A DNA stretch of 64,000 nt from Macrostomum lignano (GCA_002269645.1 NIVC01001789.1:124001-188000), one strand, 5' to 3'; positions 25,989 to 40,350 are shown, counted from the stretch's first letter. Notes: generated by a model from the sequence alone, not told the origin. Program-made: numbers and translations.

Positions 25989-28900
25989 ATGCCTCATCCT
26001 AGTCCGTCAGCATCCGTTCTGCCTCGCTTCACAACAGCATTGCGCGTGTTTTCCAACGCTGATGAACAACAAGCAGACGATCGCGCATTGCCAGTCAGTC
26101 CCGCAGTACTGGCCAATGACGATCTTGATGCTAAACGTCGTTGGCGTTTTGAACGCGCTCAACAGAACGCACTCGATTGGCCTAAACTATTAACTAGATT
26201 AAAGTCTCGAACTAGTTCAACAGGCAATTTAAACAAAATAGCGGACGATGCTGATGCATTGTTGAGATCCGCTGTTGGCACCGACTCGCCAGATTGGCGC
26301 GTTAGTTGCGCGCAATTCTTTATGAGCGCTTGCCGTCCATTAGAAGCCACGCTGAGAATGCGAGACCAGCTCAAACGGAACACTGGATGCTCAGACACGG
26401 CACTGATTGATCGAACTATAGCAGCCTGTCGCAGATTAGCAGAAGCTGTTGGTCCAGATTGGAACGAAGCGATAGATCCTGTTGATGTTAAAAATGGAGA
26501 CGTTGATAAATCGGACTCAACTGAGACTATGTTTGGTCAGACTGTTAAGTTCAACGATGCTCTAACAGATTTCGATGCAAAGAATTCTGCCGACGTTGAA
26601 GAGTACAACGAGAACTTTTTTGCCGCCCCAGACGAGGGCGACAATGTGCCGTCTTATATACAGAATTTTTCGCTTGCTTATAAACCACAGCAATCTAAGC
26701 AGCAGACTACTGAGTTGAGTAGGCAGTCTGTTCAGTATAATCTAAATTGGCTAGCTGCACTGACAGGCGCGGAGCTTGCTGAGCCAACAGCTGCCGTGCT
26801 TGAATCAGCCGGCAGCGATGACTCTATTCAAAATGAACTATTAGAGCTGCTCGGATTCGAACGGATCGAAGTGATTGCCGAGATACTGGAAAGTCGGACT
26901 AAATTTCTGCAGCAGCGAAATCTTGCCGATGAGAAACTTGACGACAAGGTGAGAATGAGAACAAGATTGAGTATCCTATATTGAGCTGCGATGATGCGGA
27001 AGTTGAGCCGCCAACTTAGTCCGATATAATAGAAGCGAATTATCATAGCGGCAGTTTCGCCATTTTTTCAGGCCGATGCAATGAGTTTAAAATCAACTTT
27101 ACCATTTTCCGTTGAGGTGTATAAAATGGGATTTTAGATTATTGAGATCCCCTCAGCTTGCTATAGAATATGTTCCTCAATTCATTTACGATACTACATC
27201 TACTTTACTAAATGATAGATTGCGCACGATTGCAATCGCAAATTGGAAAACAGTAGGTCACTGTCTGCAAATTTCTAGAAATATGGAAATTTAATCATCA
27301 GGACGATATCAAATGCAAAACATCTAGCAGGTTGCCTGAAGCCCCTTTGGGGTTGCTATCGATATAGCTTTACATCAGTCGTCTTTAATTAAAGATGTTA
27401 TACGATTTACCTAACGAATGGCGTCCTATGCGCCTAAAAATATACGTTGGGACCCGCATTTTTGCTTTGAAAGATTCAATAAGGATAAGTGGTGTATGTG
27501 TATTGCAAATTTGGGTGCAGCAGAAAAGGTTGTTATGCCCGTTAAAGGCGTTACCGTGACAAAAATCGCTAAAGAGTCTTTGCAAGCAACTTTCTAGTTG
27601 ACTTTAGCGACTCTGGAGTGACTCTTGCGACTTTTTTAACGACTAAAACGACTGCAATGCGACAGAGAGGCGACTGTTGAGTCCCATGAGCGCATTACGT
27701 GAGTTGCAGAATTAGTCAATAGACGTTGTAGCGCTTGACCTTCTACTACAAGATTTATCCTTGCTAATTTTTGTTCTTGACAGAATAAGATGGCGCCTGA
27801 TGGCACGCCGGGAGACCTGCATTTCGCTACTAATTTCAGCTACACTTCTTTTCTCTAATTAAAACTTTGACAGGAGATCAATACGTTGCTTGTCCGTCAG
27901 GCGACGTCCAGTCTCCATTTGCAAGCTTCGTGAAATTGCTGTTAGTCTCCCTATTAATGTCAGACAATGTATTTTCGATAGGGAAAAATAGAAAGGGTTT
28001 GCCATAAAAAAAACTATGAGAAACTGTTAAGGTGGACGCCGAAAAAGCGGGCAACCTCTATAAACAACCCACCTCAAACAGCGCTCAATCTTACTCTCCC
28101 CAGTTAATGGCTCAGCCAATGACGAACGAGTTACACACAGATTCTCGCGAGAATTGAGCCTTTCCTCGCGAACCCAACTGTAACTCAGTAGACTAAATGC
28201 AAAATGCGATTCTAATTCATTAAGTGACGCAACCCCGTGATTCTACAGCGACTCTAACACGCATCAGATATAACTCTACGACTCCAGAGTCATTATACTT
28301 CAGTAGAAGCGCCACAGGGTCACTTGCGTCGCCCCAGAGTCCTTTCAGAGATAAAGATAACAGAACGCCTCGAATTGACATAGGCGACTTTTTGGCGACT
28401 TGTACCATGACATCTCGTCGTTTTCGAGTCGTCTAGAGTCACTTCTTTCCTATTTACAAGTAACCTGTGCTACCTGCAACGACTCAGGCGACGCAAGTGA
28501 TTCTGGGACGCTTCTCAGCCTAGGTACAGTTTTCATCGGGTAGCTATTGTACTTCTATTATAAAATAACCAATGCATCATACTACGCAGCTTGGCTAATC
28601 AAACTGATATAAACAGGTGACAATTCTAAAAAAAGTAAAAGGCGATAAATTATACATAAAAAATTATGCTGGATAGTTTTTTCTGAACGAAACATATGAT
28701 TTTTAATCTCATGGAATGCTTCTTAATTAGAGTAGAAAAAGCACTAATTGATCTCTTTCATGAGAGAAAGCTTTAAAGAAAATAATGGGATATCAGTTAA
28801 GCAACAGGGGTGGAGCCGAAACAGTGGGAAGTCCAAGAAAAGACATGATTTCTGGTCTTACTATTGACAGAGTCAGAAAGCGTGCACAAAAATTGATCGC

Positions 28901-31900
28901 ATCCCCAGAGAGATCCGACAGCCGCCGAGGACCAGTTGATTGACAGTTTAATAGCCAGCCAGCAGGCTCACGCGCGCAGCTACGCGGAGGGCCCCAAAAT
29001 GCCTACGGGTCCCGGTCGCTTGGCTGGCACCAATGCTCGCTATCCGTTTGTATTCGACGAACTTGCTGACGCTCTGCGTCGATCCGCTTATATTGCTGGC
29101 GCTTCCGTGATGCTACCGGCTACGGCTACGCAACGATCGACGCCGAAATTCGACGAAGTGACCCTGCCGCCTAGCTCGGCCAAGCCCACTCACGTTGGCG
29201 CTAATCGGGTGCCGCTAGCCGAACTAGACGAGCTGACCCAGCGAGCCTTTCCCGGCACTAGTCATCTAAACGCTATACAAACTGTAGTATTCGATTCCGC
29301 TTATAAGACTAACGAGAATTTGTTAATCTGCGCCCCAACTGGCGCCGGTAAAACTAACATCGCTATGCTCACTGTTCTGCACGAGATCAAACAAAACATT
29401 GGACCTGGCGGCGTTGTTAAACGAGACGATTTTAAAATTGTCTACGTCTGCCCTATGAAAGCTTTGGCAGCCGAGATGACCGCCAATTTTGGTAAACGTT
29501 TGGCACCGTTGGGCCTCACAGTTCGTGAGTGCACCGGCGATATGCAGCTAACTAAAGCTGAGATTGCTCAAACTCAAATGCTGCTAGTAACGCCAGAGAA
29601 ATGGGATGTGTTGACTAGAAAATCCATTGGCGACGTGGGACTCACTCAATTAGTGAAGCTGCTAATTATTGACGAAGTTCACCTGTTGCACGACGAGCGC
29701 GGCGCTGTGATTGAGTCTATTGTGGCTCGCACGCTTCGTCAGGTGGAATCGTCGCAAAAAATGATTCGAATTGTTGGCTTATCGGCCACTCTGCCTAATT
29801 ATCTGGATGTTGCCCAGTTTCTCAGAGTCAATCCATACAAGGGTTTGTTCTTCTTTGACGCCAGGTTCAGGCCCGTGCCGTTGGGCACCAGCTTTGTTGG
29901 TATTAAAAGTACAAATATTATGCAGCAACAGCAGGACTTTATGGACGTTTGCTTTGATAAGGTGTGTATATCTTTTTGCTCTTGAAAGTGTTTCATTTTG
30001 CAGTTGCTTTAATAGCTTTATAGTTTCCGTTACACTTCTTTAAGATCGCATTACTTGTACTAACCTTAACGTTTGGCCATTAAGGGTAGCTTGGGGTCAC
30101 TCCCATGTATCCCACCTGTGATTAGCTTGGGGTCACTCCTATGTATACCACCTGTGATTAGCTTGGGGTCACTCCTATGCATTCCACCTGTGATTAGCTT
30201 GGGGTCACTCCTATGTATACCACCTGTGATTAGCTTGGGGTCACTCCTATGTATTCCACCTGTGATTAGCTTGGGGTCACTCCTGTATTTCAACTATGAT
30301 TAGCTTTGGATTACTCCCCATGCATCTTACCTGTTAATAGCTTGGAAAAATCCCGAACAGAAGTTTAGCTTGGGATTCCATTATATATGTATATATCTGA
30401 GATCTGCGTATAGTTTGACTGTTTGCAGGTTAAGTAGACCTGACCGCGGTTAGTACGCATTTTCTGCATCTTCTAGTTAAAAACGGTCTACCTTGTAAAT
30501 AACAAACTCACTCAGGTAGTGGAGCAAGTGCGCCAAGGCGAACAAGTGATGGTGTTTGTCCACTCGCGCCCGGAGACTCGCAAGACGGCTATTCGTCTCC
30601 GCGAGATGGCCAGAGAATCTGGTGCTATTAAATACTTTTTACCAGCCGATCCAAACACCTCACACTATGGCCGCGCGCTCAAGGAGGTGGGCCGGTCGCA
30701 TAACCAAGCCTTCAAAGAGCTGTTCGCAGACGGATTCACCATTCATAACGCTGGCATGCTGCGGTCGGATCGCAATCTAGCTGAGAAGTACTTTGCCCAG
30801 GGCATGATTCGATGCTTAGTGTGCACTGCCACCTTAGCCTGGGGCGTCAATCTGCCAGCTCACGCGGTTATTATCAAGGGTACACAAATCTACAACGCTG
30901 AAAAGTCCACTTTTGTCGATCTTGGCATCCTAGATGTGCAGCAGATATTTGGCCGAGCTGGTAGGCCACAGTTTGACAAGGTCGGCTATGGCACTATTAT
31001 TACTACTCACGACAAGCTTAGCCGCTACCTGACACTCATGTGCAGCAGGAATCCTATTGAGAGTAGCTTCATGATTGGCTTAGCCGACAATCTCAACGCT
31101 GAAGTTGCTCTAGGCACCGTGGCTAACACAGAGGAAGCGGTTCGTTGGCTTAGCTACACTTATCTGCACGTTCGGATGAAGCTTAATCCGCTAGTGTACG
31201 GAATTAGTCCCAATCAGTTTGCTACGGATCCTAATTTGGAAAATCACCGACTTGCTTTGATCACGCTGGCTGCTAGAAAGCTGGATAGCGCCAGAATGAT
31301 TCGATTTGATGAACGAACTGGCTATTTGGCTAGCACCGATCTGGGCAGAATTGCCAGCCATTTCTATATTAAATTCAACACTGTCGAAGTTTGGAACGAT
31401 GAATTGTCTGCTCTGTTGCCTAATGAAAAAGTTCTGTCTGTTGTGTCCAAGTCTAAAGAATTTGAGCAGGTCAAAGTGCGCGAGGAAGAACTGCCGGAAT
31501 TGGATCAGGCTGTGCATAATTCTTGCCAGTTTTCCACTGGCGGAGTTGAGAATAGCGAAGGAAAAGTAAGTGAGAGATTGTGTCAGGCTAGGGTAGATTG
31601 TGAGAGGCTAGGGTAGATTGTGTGAGGCTAGGGTAGATTGTGTGAGGCTAGGGTAGATTGTGTGAGGCTAGGGTAGATTGTGTGAGGCTAGGGTAGATTG
31701 TGTGAGGCTAGGGTAGATTGTGTGAGGCTAGGGTAGATTGTGTGAGGCTAGGGTAGATTGTGTGAGGCTAGGGTAGATTGTGTGAGGCTAGGGTAGATTG
31801 TGTGAGGCTAGGGTAGATTGAGTGAGGCTAGGGTAGATTGAGTGAGGCTAGGGTAGATTGAGTGAGGCTAGGGTAGATTGAGTGAGGCTAGGGTAGATTG

Positions 31901-33638
31901 AGTGAGGCTAGGGTAGATTGTGGGGAGCTATGGTAATGAGGAGCAGAGAGGCTAATCATACTGCAAATGACGCTGCCATTATACCAGAAACTGCCAAATC
32001 CCTTCAGGTGAGCGCCCTACTCCAGGTGTACATCGATCGCCAGTCGATAGAAACAGCTTCTCTCGTATCCGACCAAGCCTACGTGGTGCAGAACTGCTCC
32101 CGAGTAGTTCAGGCCCTATTCGAGTACTGCATGCGCAAGGGCTGGCCACAGGCCGCCAGCAGCCTGCTGACCTGGTCCAAGTGCATCAACAGACGCCTGT
32201 GGCCGGATGCTCACCCGTTGAGACAGTTCGACGGCGGCCTGCTCAGGTGGGACATTGTTGACAAACTGGAACGGGCTGGTCCGGCGGCTAACAGTGTGGA
32301 AGCGTTGCGCGAGATGCCGAGGGCCGAGCTAGACGCAATTATTCGATTGAGAGGCTACTCGGAGGATGTGCGCAAGTTGGCTTGGAATTTTCCGCTAGTC
32401 GAATTGGAGGCAGCGTTTCAGCCGATTACTCGAACTATTCTGCGAGTTCGACTGGAGGTGCGGCCTCATTTTCATTGGAACGATCGAATTCACGGAAAGG
32501 TGAGTTTTTGCTTATGTTCAATGACGTCATCGCTGTATCATTGACCAGAGATGTCATAGAATAGAATGTTAATTAGCGGGACATTTCAATGTTCCATTAA
32601 CTATATTATTCATATCATTAACTCACTGGTAGCCTCATAAACTAACTTGTAGCCTCATAAACTAACTAGTAGCCTCATAAACTAACTAGTAGCCTCATAA
32701 AATAACTAGTAACCTCATAAACTAACTAGTAACCTCATAAACTAACTAGTAGCCTTGCTAGTAACCTAAACTAGAAATATCAGTAATTCGCATGCCCGAA
32801 AAAAGCCGGATTACAAAAGTGTATTTTTCAAAAAGAATTCGTACCAAGGAAGATCTGGAAGGAAATATCAATTTCATCAATATCAATATAGTACAGAAAA
32901 ATAAACAATAATGAAAACTTTCGTAGCTTGCCTACTTACACTAGTAGTCTGTTGCAAATGCGTCTATCTCCGATCCGTATATTATATTACTTATTATTTG
33001 AACTTTCCCAGGTTGCCGAATCTTTCTGGGTGTGGGTTGAGGACACCGACAATCAGCACGTGTACCACAGCGACATGGTGCAGCTGTCGCGCAAATCTGT
33101 ACAACGCAACGAGCCGGCTGTTCTAGCTTTCACCATACCGATATTTGAGCCGCTGCCTACTCATTATGTCATTCGATGCGAAAGCGAACGCTGGCTACAC
33201 GCCGGCGACACCTACGTGCTCAGCTTCAAGCACCTGCGCCTGCCGCAGAGCCATCCGCCGCATTCCGAGCTGCTGGACTTGAATCCCCTACCTGTTAGCG
33301 TGCTGAAGGCGCCTCAATTTGAGTCCATCTGCTCCTTTACTCACATGAACCCGGTGCAGACTCAGGTATTTCACGCTGCTTATCACACCGATTGCAACCT
33401 GCTGGTTGGCGCCCCGACTGGCAGCGGCAAAACCTTCATCGCCGAGCTGGCCATCTTCCGGGTGTTCAAAACCAAGCCGGGCCTCAAGTGCGTCTACATT
33501 GCGCCGCTGAAAGCGCTGGTCAGGGAGAGGATCAACGATTGGAAAAAGAAACTGGAGCCTATGAATAAGAAGGTGAGGTGGCGACTGGTAGATTGCTGAA
33601 TAGATAGATAGATGGATAGATGGATAGATGGATAGATG

Positions 33639-33685
<47 letters not shown>

Positions 33686-33714
33686 GGATAGATAGATAGA
33701 TAGATAGATAGATG

Positions 33715-33770
<56 letters not shown>

Positions 33771-33814
33771 TAGATACATAGATAGATACATAGATAGATA
33801 CATAGATAGATAGG

Positions 33815-33847
<33 letters not shown>

Positions 33848-33856
33848 GGATAGATG

Positions 33857-33894
<38 letters not shown>

Positions 33895-33984
33895 CAGATA
33901 GATAGATAGATGGATAGATAGATAGATAGATAGATAGATGGATAGATGGATTAGATAGATAGATAGATAGATAGATGGATAGAT

Positions 33985-34021
<37 letters not shown>

Positions 34022-34091
34022 CAGATAGATAGATAGATAGATGGATAGATAGATAGATAGATAGATGGATAGATGGATAGATGGATAGATG

Positions 34092-34150
<59 letters not shown>

Positions 34151-34179
34151 GAATAGATAGATAGATAGATAGATAGATG

Positions 34180-34231
<52 letters not shown>

Positions 34232-34291
34232 TAGATACATAGATAGATACATAGATAGATAGATACATAGATAGATAGATAGATAGATAGG

Positions 34292-34328
<37 letters not shown>

Positions 34329-34337
34329 GGATAGATG

Positions 34338-34391
<54 letters not shown>

Positions 34392-34481
34392 CAGATAGAT
34401 AGATAGATGGATAGATAGATAGATAGATAGATAGATGGATAGATGGATTAGATAGATAGATAGATAGATAGATGGATAGAT

Positions 34482-34518
<37 letters not shown>

Positions 34519-34660
34519 CAGATAGATAGATAGATAGATGGATAGATGGATTAGATAGATAGATAGATAGATGGATAGATAGATGGATAGATAGATAGAT
34601 AGATAGATGGATAGATAGATAGATGGATAGATGGATAGACAGATAGATAGTAGATAGATG

Positions 34661-34703
<43 letters not shown>

Positions 34704-34736
34704 GGATTAGATAGATAGATAGATAGATGGATAGAT

Positions 34737-34769
<33 letters not shown>

Positions 34770-34812
34770 GATAGATAGGTAGATAGATAGGTAGATAGAT
34801 AGATAGATAGAC

Positions 34813-34858
<46 letters not shown>

Positions 34859-35505
34859 GATAGAAGGGTTGATAGATAGATAGATAGAAGGGTTGATAGA
34901 TAGATAGATAGATAGATAAGACACACACAATTGACTATTCACCTCTCCCTCAAAGCCACCCCGTCCACCGATCCCAGGTTGTAGAGCTCACTGGCGACGT
35001 CGCGCCCGACATGAAAGCCGTGGCCGCAGCCGACCTGATCGTGACCACTCCGGAGAAATGGGACGGCTGCTCCCGCAGCTGGCAGCAGCGCCAGTACGTG
35101 CAACAGGTGGCGCTGCTGGTCATTGACGAGATTCACCTGCTTGGCGAGGACCGCGGCCCTGTGCTAGAAGTTATCGTGTCACGTACCAATTTTATTTGTT
35201 CTCACACGAAGCGCCCAGTTCGAGTTGTCGGTTTGAGCACAGCTCTGGCCAATGCTCAGGATTTGTCCGACTGGCTGGGCATCAGGGAGTCGCTGGGCAT
35301 GTACAACTTCAGGCCCTCTGTGCGCCCGGTTCCGCTGGAGGTGCACATTCAGGGCTACCCGGGGAGGCACTACTGCCCCAGGATGGCGTCTATGAACAAG
35401 CCTGCGTTTCAGGGTGCGCCACTGCTGGGCGGATCTTGCTGTTATAGATAGACAGATAGACAGACAGACAGATAGACAGACAAACAGATAGACAGACAGA
35501 CAGAC

Positions 35506-35558
<53 letters not shown>

Positions 35559-38500
35559 TAGACAGATAGACACACAGACACTAAGACAGACAGACAGACA
35601 GACAGATAGACAGACAGACAGATATACAGACAGACAGATAGCCAGACAGACAGACAGATAGCCAGACAGACAGATAGCCAGACAGACAGACAGATAGCCA
35701 GACAGACAGACAGATAGCCAGACAGACAGACAGTTACCAATTCCAATCCGCCTGACCCTTCGCAGCCATCCGGCAGCACTCGCCAGCCAAGCCAGTTCTC
35801 ATATTTGTGTCCAGCCGTCGCCAGACCCGCCTGACTGCCCTGGACCTGATTGCCTACCTAGCCGGGGAAGATGATCCCAAACAGTGGCTGCACATGGAGG
35901 AGGCCGAGTCCGCCCTGGTCATTGATATGTCGCGCGACGCCAATCTGAAACTGACGCTGGCCTTCGGCATCGGCCTGCACCATGCCGGCTTGCACGAGCG
36001 CGACCGGCGCATTGTTGAGGAGCTCTACGCTTTGCAGAAAATCCAGGTGCCTGTCTGTCTGATCGAATTTTATGCTTTAAAGTGTACTTTTATCTAAGTT
36101 CAACCTTGATTTACCTTTAATTTGATATCAAATCGATTTTAAATTGACCTTCTCTGACCCTAAACGACCTATAGCATGACCTTGAATTGACCTGAGATGA
36201 CCTTGATTTGACCTCGAATTTGACCTTAAATTGCAGGTGCTAATCGCCACCAGCACGGTAGCCTGGGGCGTCAATTTCCCTTCGCACCTGGTTATAATAA
36301 AGGGCACCGAATACTTCGACGGCAAGACGAAGCACTACGTGGATTATCCAATCACGGACGTGCTGCAGATGATGGGCCGGGCCGGCCGGCCGCAGTTCGA
36401 CACGCAGGGCAAAGCCGTTGTCATGGTGCACGACGCTAAGAAGCATTTTTACAAACGCTTCCTGTACGAACCGTTCCCGGTCGAGTCCAGCCTGCTTGGC
36501 GTCCTTAGCGACCATCTAAACGCCGAAATTGTCGCTGGGACCATCTGCAGCAAGCAGGACGCTATGGATTATCTCACTTGGACTTATTTCTTTCGTCGAG
36601 TAACCGTTAATCCGTCTTACTATGGACTAGAATCAACCGATCATTCTTCGCTGAACGCGTTCTTGTCCCGACTGGTTGAGAAAGCCTGCCAAGAGTTGAT
36701 GGCGTCCGCTTGTATTGAGGTACCTGCTTGATCTCACTGACATCGGGTGGCACTTTCCACTGTTCACCTCAATTGACCTCGGCTATTAGCCTTGGAAACC
36801 CTTGGACATACATTTGTAGCATAAGCTATCACACTCGAACTCTAGTTGACCCCAGTTTAACTCAGCTATCACCTTCGAACACCTGTTAACCTCAATTTTC
36901 ACCTTTAAACACCGATTGACCTTAATTGACCTCAGCTATCGCCTTCAAACGCCAGCTGGCCTCAATTGACCTCAGCTGTCGCTTTAAAACACCTTTTGAC
37001 CTTAATTGACCTCAGCTGTCGCTCTCAAACACCGATTGACCTCAATTGATCTCAGCTATCGCCTTCAAACACTGGTTGACCTCAATTGATCTTGCCTTGG
37101 AGCAATCGTTAATCTATTACCGTGACCTTAATTAACCTGCTAATATCCAAAACCTCATTCGCCAGGTGGACACGGACAGCATAACCCTATCGCCAACGGT
37201 ACCCGGTCGCATAGCGGCCTTCTACTACCTGTCTCACCTGACCGTGAAGCACTTCAAATCGGTGCTGCGTCAGGATGCCAGCGTGTCCGATCTGCTGTCG
37301 GCTCTGACCGACTGTCAGGAGTTCGCCGAACTGCCTGTCCGTCACAACGAGGACCAGCTGAACGCCGAGATCAACAACCAATGCCGGATTCGCCAGCCGG
37401 CTACCAGCGTTGACTCGCCTCACTGCAAAGCCCACTTACTGTTGCAATCGCATTTCTCCAGGCTTGCCATGCCCATTGCCGACTATGGCACCGATTTGAA
37501 ATCCGTATTGGACCAGGCTATTCGCATTGTGCAAGCTATGATTGATATGTGCGCTGATTGCGGCTGGCTGTCGGTCTGTCTGAGAGCTGCTCAGCTCATT
37601 CAGATGCTGGTTCAGGCTCGCTGGTTTGATGAAGATCCATTGATAACCTTGCCAAGCGTTGAGACCTTTCACCTGCCGACTCTCAGGCAGTGAGTTTTGT
37701 AAAATTGCCCTAAGCCATTCTTTGAATCGCCCCTAAGCCATTCCTAAAATCGCCCCTAAGCCATTCTTAAAATCGCCCCTAAGTCATTCTTAGAATCGCC
37801 CCTAAGCTATTCTTAGAATCTCCCCTAAGCCATTCCTAAAATCGCCCGTAAGCCATTCTTAGAATCGCCCCTAAGTCATTCTTAGAATCGCCCCTAAGTC
37901 ATTCTTAGAATCGCCCCTAAGTCATTCTTAGAATCGCCCCTAAGTCATTCTTAGAATCGCCCCTAAGTCATTCTTAGAATCGCCCCTAAGCCATTCTTAG
38001 AATCGCCCTGAACCATCACTAGAATCGCTCCTGAACCATCACTAGAATCGCCCCTGAACCATCCCTAGAATCGCCCCTGAACCATCACTAGAATCGCCCT
38101 GAACCATCCCTAGAATCGCCCCTGAACCTTCACTAGAATCGCCCCTGAACCATCACTAGAATCGCCCCTGAACCATCCCTAGAATCGCCCCTGAACCATC
38201 CCTAGAATCGCCCCTGAACCATCACTAGAATCGCCCCTGAACCATCCCCCAAAAACCGCAGGCTGGCCACCCCAGCGCACCGCCTCGACACCTTGCCCGG
38301 CCTGCTGCACGCGCCTCGCCCAGTTGCCGAGCGAGCTATTCGCGAAGCTCTTGGTGGTCGTCACGCCGAGTCTGATCGTTGCCTAGCAACGCTGGCCGCT
38401 ATGCCGAGACTCCGGTGTCACCTGGAACTGGTCAAGGTGGTCCAGCAGCTCGCGGACGATAGCGAGGGCGAAGAGGAAAGCAATAATCCTGCTGCTGATG

Positions 38501-39470
38501 ATGAGGCCTGCAAGGTGAGCTATCGTTGCTAACTGCACCCGAATCCCCAGCTGGTTGCTACCCCATCCCCTGACCCTTTACAGCTCCCACCCCCTGCCCC
38601 CCTGATCCTTCAGCACCCATCCCCTGACCCTTCAGCTCCCATCCCCTGACCCTTCATCTCCCATCCCCTGACCCTTCAGCTCCCATTCCCTGACCCTTCA
38701 GCTCCCATCCCCTGACCCTTCAGCTCCCATCCCCTGACCCTTCAGCTCCCATCCCCTGATCCTTCAGCTCCCATCCCTTGACCCTTCATCTCCCATTCCC
38801 TGATCCTTCATCTCCCATCCCCTGATCCTTCAGCTCCCATCCCTTGACCCTTCATCTCCCATTCCCTGATCCTTTATCTCCCATCCCCTGACCCTTCATC
38901 TCCCATCCCTTGACCCTTCATCTTCCATTCCCTGATCCTTCATCTCCCATCCCCTGACCCTTCAGCTGCCATCCCCTGATCCTTCAGCTCCCATCCCCTG
39001 ACCCTTCAGCTCCCTTCCCCTGACCCTTCATTTCCCATCCCCTGATCCTTCAGCTCCCATCCCCTGATGCCATTCAAGCGGTTTCAAGCCGATTTCTCCC
39101 CACAAACTCGCAGATCAAGATCCCGCTAGACGGCCGAGACTGGATCTCAGTTGACCGTGACGCCGAGTACTCGCTAAACCTGCGCCTAGTGAAGACCTCC
39201 TACGGTCGAACTCCCGGCGACACCCGAGCTCAGGCGCCTCGCTTCCCCAAGGCCAAAGACGAAGGCCTCATAGTAGTCCTTGGCCACGCCGAGAATGACG
39301 AAGTGCAAGCGTTGAAGCGCATTCCAGCGCTGCGCCAGCGAGTCATCAACAGTTCCATGGTGTTCCTGACGCCCGAAGATCCTGGCAGAGTGGTGTACAA
39401 TCTCTACGTCATGTCTGACGCTTATATTGGCTTGGATCAGCAGTACCAGCTTCGGTTTGATGTCGGTTGA
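25989..39470 (+). CDS. ASCC3: Activating signal cointegrator 1 complex subunit 3 (tandem Ski2-like helicase + Sec63 cassettes). Exons 25989..26948, 28909..29961, 30516..31565, 32008..32499, 33012..33572, 34978..35413, 35766..36046, 36237..36719, 37166..37689, 38262..38514, 39114..39470 (about 2149 aa)
   Basis: N-terminus [13 protein letters not shown] (ASCC3-type, not Brr2); two helicase cassettes ([22 protein letters not shown] and [22 protein letters not shown]); [25 protein letters not shown]; C-terminal [11 protein letters not shown]. Frames join through GT-AG sites. The exon 2 start is the least certain boundary. Confidence 0.95.
27538..28542. mobile_element. About 1-kb non-autonomous DNA transposon in ASCC3 intron 1 (long sibling of the 23284 MITE)
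   Basis: Ends cccgtt... / ...catcggg. Shares gcaagcaact...tagcgact...tttttaacgact at the left and taggcgactttttggcgacttgtacc...gagtcgtctagagtcacttctttcctattt at the right with 23330-23510. Confidence 0.7.
30085..30335. repeat. 36-nt minisatellite (ccacctgtgattagcttggggtcactcctatgtat-like), ASCC3 intron 2
   Basis: About 6-7 units. Confidence 0.92.
31584..31921. repeat. 20-nt minisatellite gaggctagggtagattgtgt, ASCC3 intron 3
   Basis: About 17 near-perfect units. Confidence 0.95.
32630..32757. repeat. 20-nt minisatellite actaactagtagcctcataa, ASCC3 intron 4
   Basis: About 6 units. Confidence 0.9.
33599..34918. repeat. (GATA)n microsatellite with variant blocks, ASCC3 intron 5
   Basis: About 1.3 kb of gata with gga/gaca/taca variants. 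Confidence 0.97.
35445..35733. repeat. (GACA)n microsatellite, ASCC3 intron 6
   Basis: Seen directly. Confidence 0.95.
36770..37135. repeat. Degenerate ttgacctc(a/t)-based repeat, ASCC3 intron 8; similar ttgacc units occur in intron 7 (36110-36230)
   Basis: Recurrent aattgacctcagct / cttcaaacac motifs. Confidence 0.7.
37700..38248. repeat. Compound 22-23 nt minisatellite (agaatcgcccctaagtcattctt, then agaatcgcccctgaaccatcact), ASCC3 intron 9
   Basis: Two sub-arrays share the gaatcgcccct core. Confidence 0.95.
38560..39066. repeat. 22-nt minisatellite cccatcccctgacccttcagct, ASCC3 intron 10
   Basis: About 22 units. Confidence 0.95.
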
Positions 39471-40069
39471 TTGGATTTTATTGTGTTTTGTGACAATGGC
39501 CATTATGTTGACTTTGTGTGTGCCTTTGAAAACTTTTTTATTCGGCTGGTTGGATAAGCTTGGATAAGCTGGTTGGTCAACTATGGTATGATCGCTACCT
39601 GTGAAAGCTATGGTGATAATGAGAGGGAAGAGATATACAGACAGAAGGGAGATACAGACAGAGGGGAGATACAGACTGGAAGGAAAAGATAATGACGGAG
39701 TCGAACAGAGATATAAAAAATCTATTATTAAAGATCCACTCGCCGATCATGATTGAAACTTCATGGTTCTTTTCCTGGTGATAGCATTATAAAAGTAAGT
39801 GTGTGCTGTACTAGGTTTACTGCTTAGAACACTAATTGTCACGTCACTTATTAATAATTTGATTAATAAATAAATTATTTAGTTCCGGAATCTACAAACA
39901 AGTAAATCAGCAAAGAAGATTTTCCAATCGTGCAAATTCATACACGTCTTCTTAAATTGTGTCGATTAAAAGTAAATAATTCTTTCACTCTACTGATTCT
40001 GGTTCAGTAGCATAAAATGCGCGCGAATTTCTCGACGAGGGAACCGCCCTTATAAGAAATCTTTAAGTC

Positions 40070-40350
40070 TTCAGGGCCTCAGCTAATCAAGCTACCCAAT
40101 GCCCTTCAGGGCCTCAGCTAATCAAGCTACCCAATGCCCTTCAGGGCCTCAGCTAATCAAGCTACCCAATGTCCTTCATGGCCTCAGCTAATCAAGCTAC
40201 CCAATGCCCTTCAGGGCCTCAGCTAATCAAGCTACCCAATGTCCTTCAGGGCCTCAGCTAATCAGGCTACCCCCAATGTCCTTCAGGGCCTCAGCTAATC
40301 AGGCTACCCCCAATGTCCTTCAGGGCCTCAGCTGCAAGCTACCCATTGTC
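40070..40350. repeat. About 35-nt minisatellite cttcagggcctcagctaatcaagctacccaatgcc upstream of the Lhx gene
   Basis: About 8 units. Confidence 0.92.

Noticed and set aside
39721-40050. Helitron-like 5' end (a|tctattattaaag)
   Set aside because: No matching 3' hairpin plus CTRR|T end could be identified.
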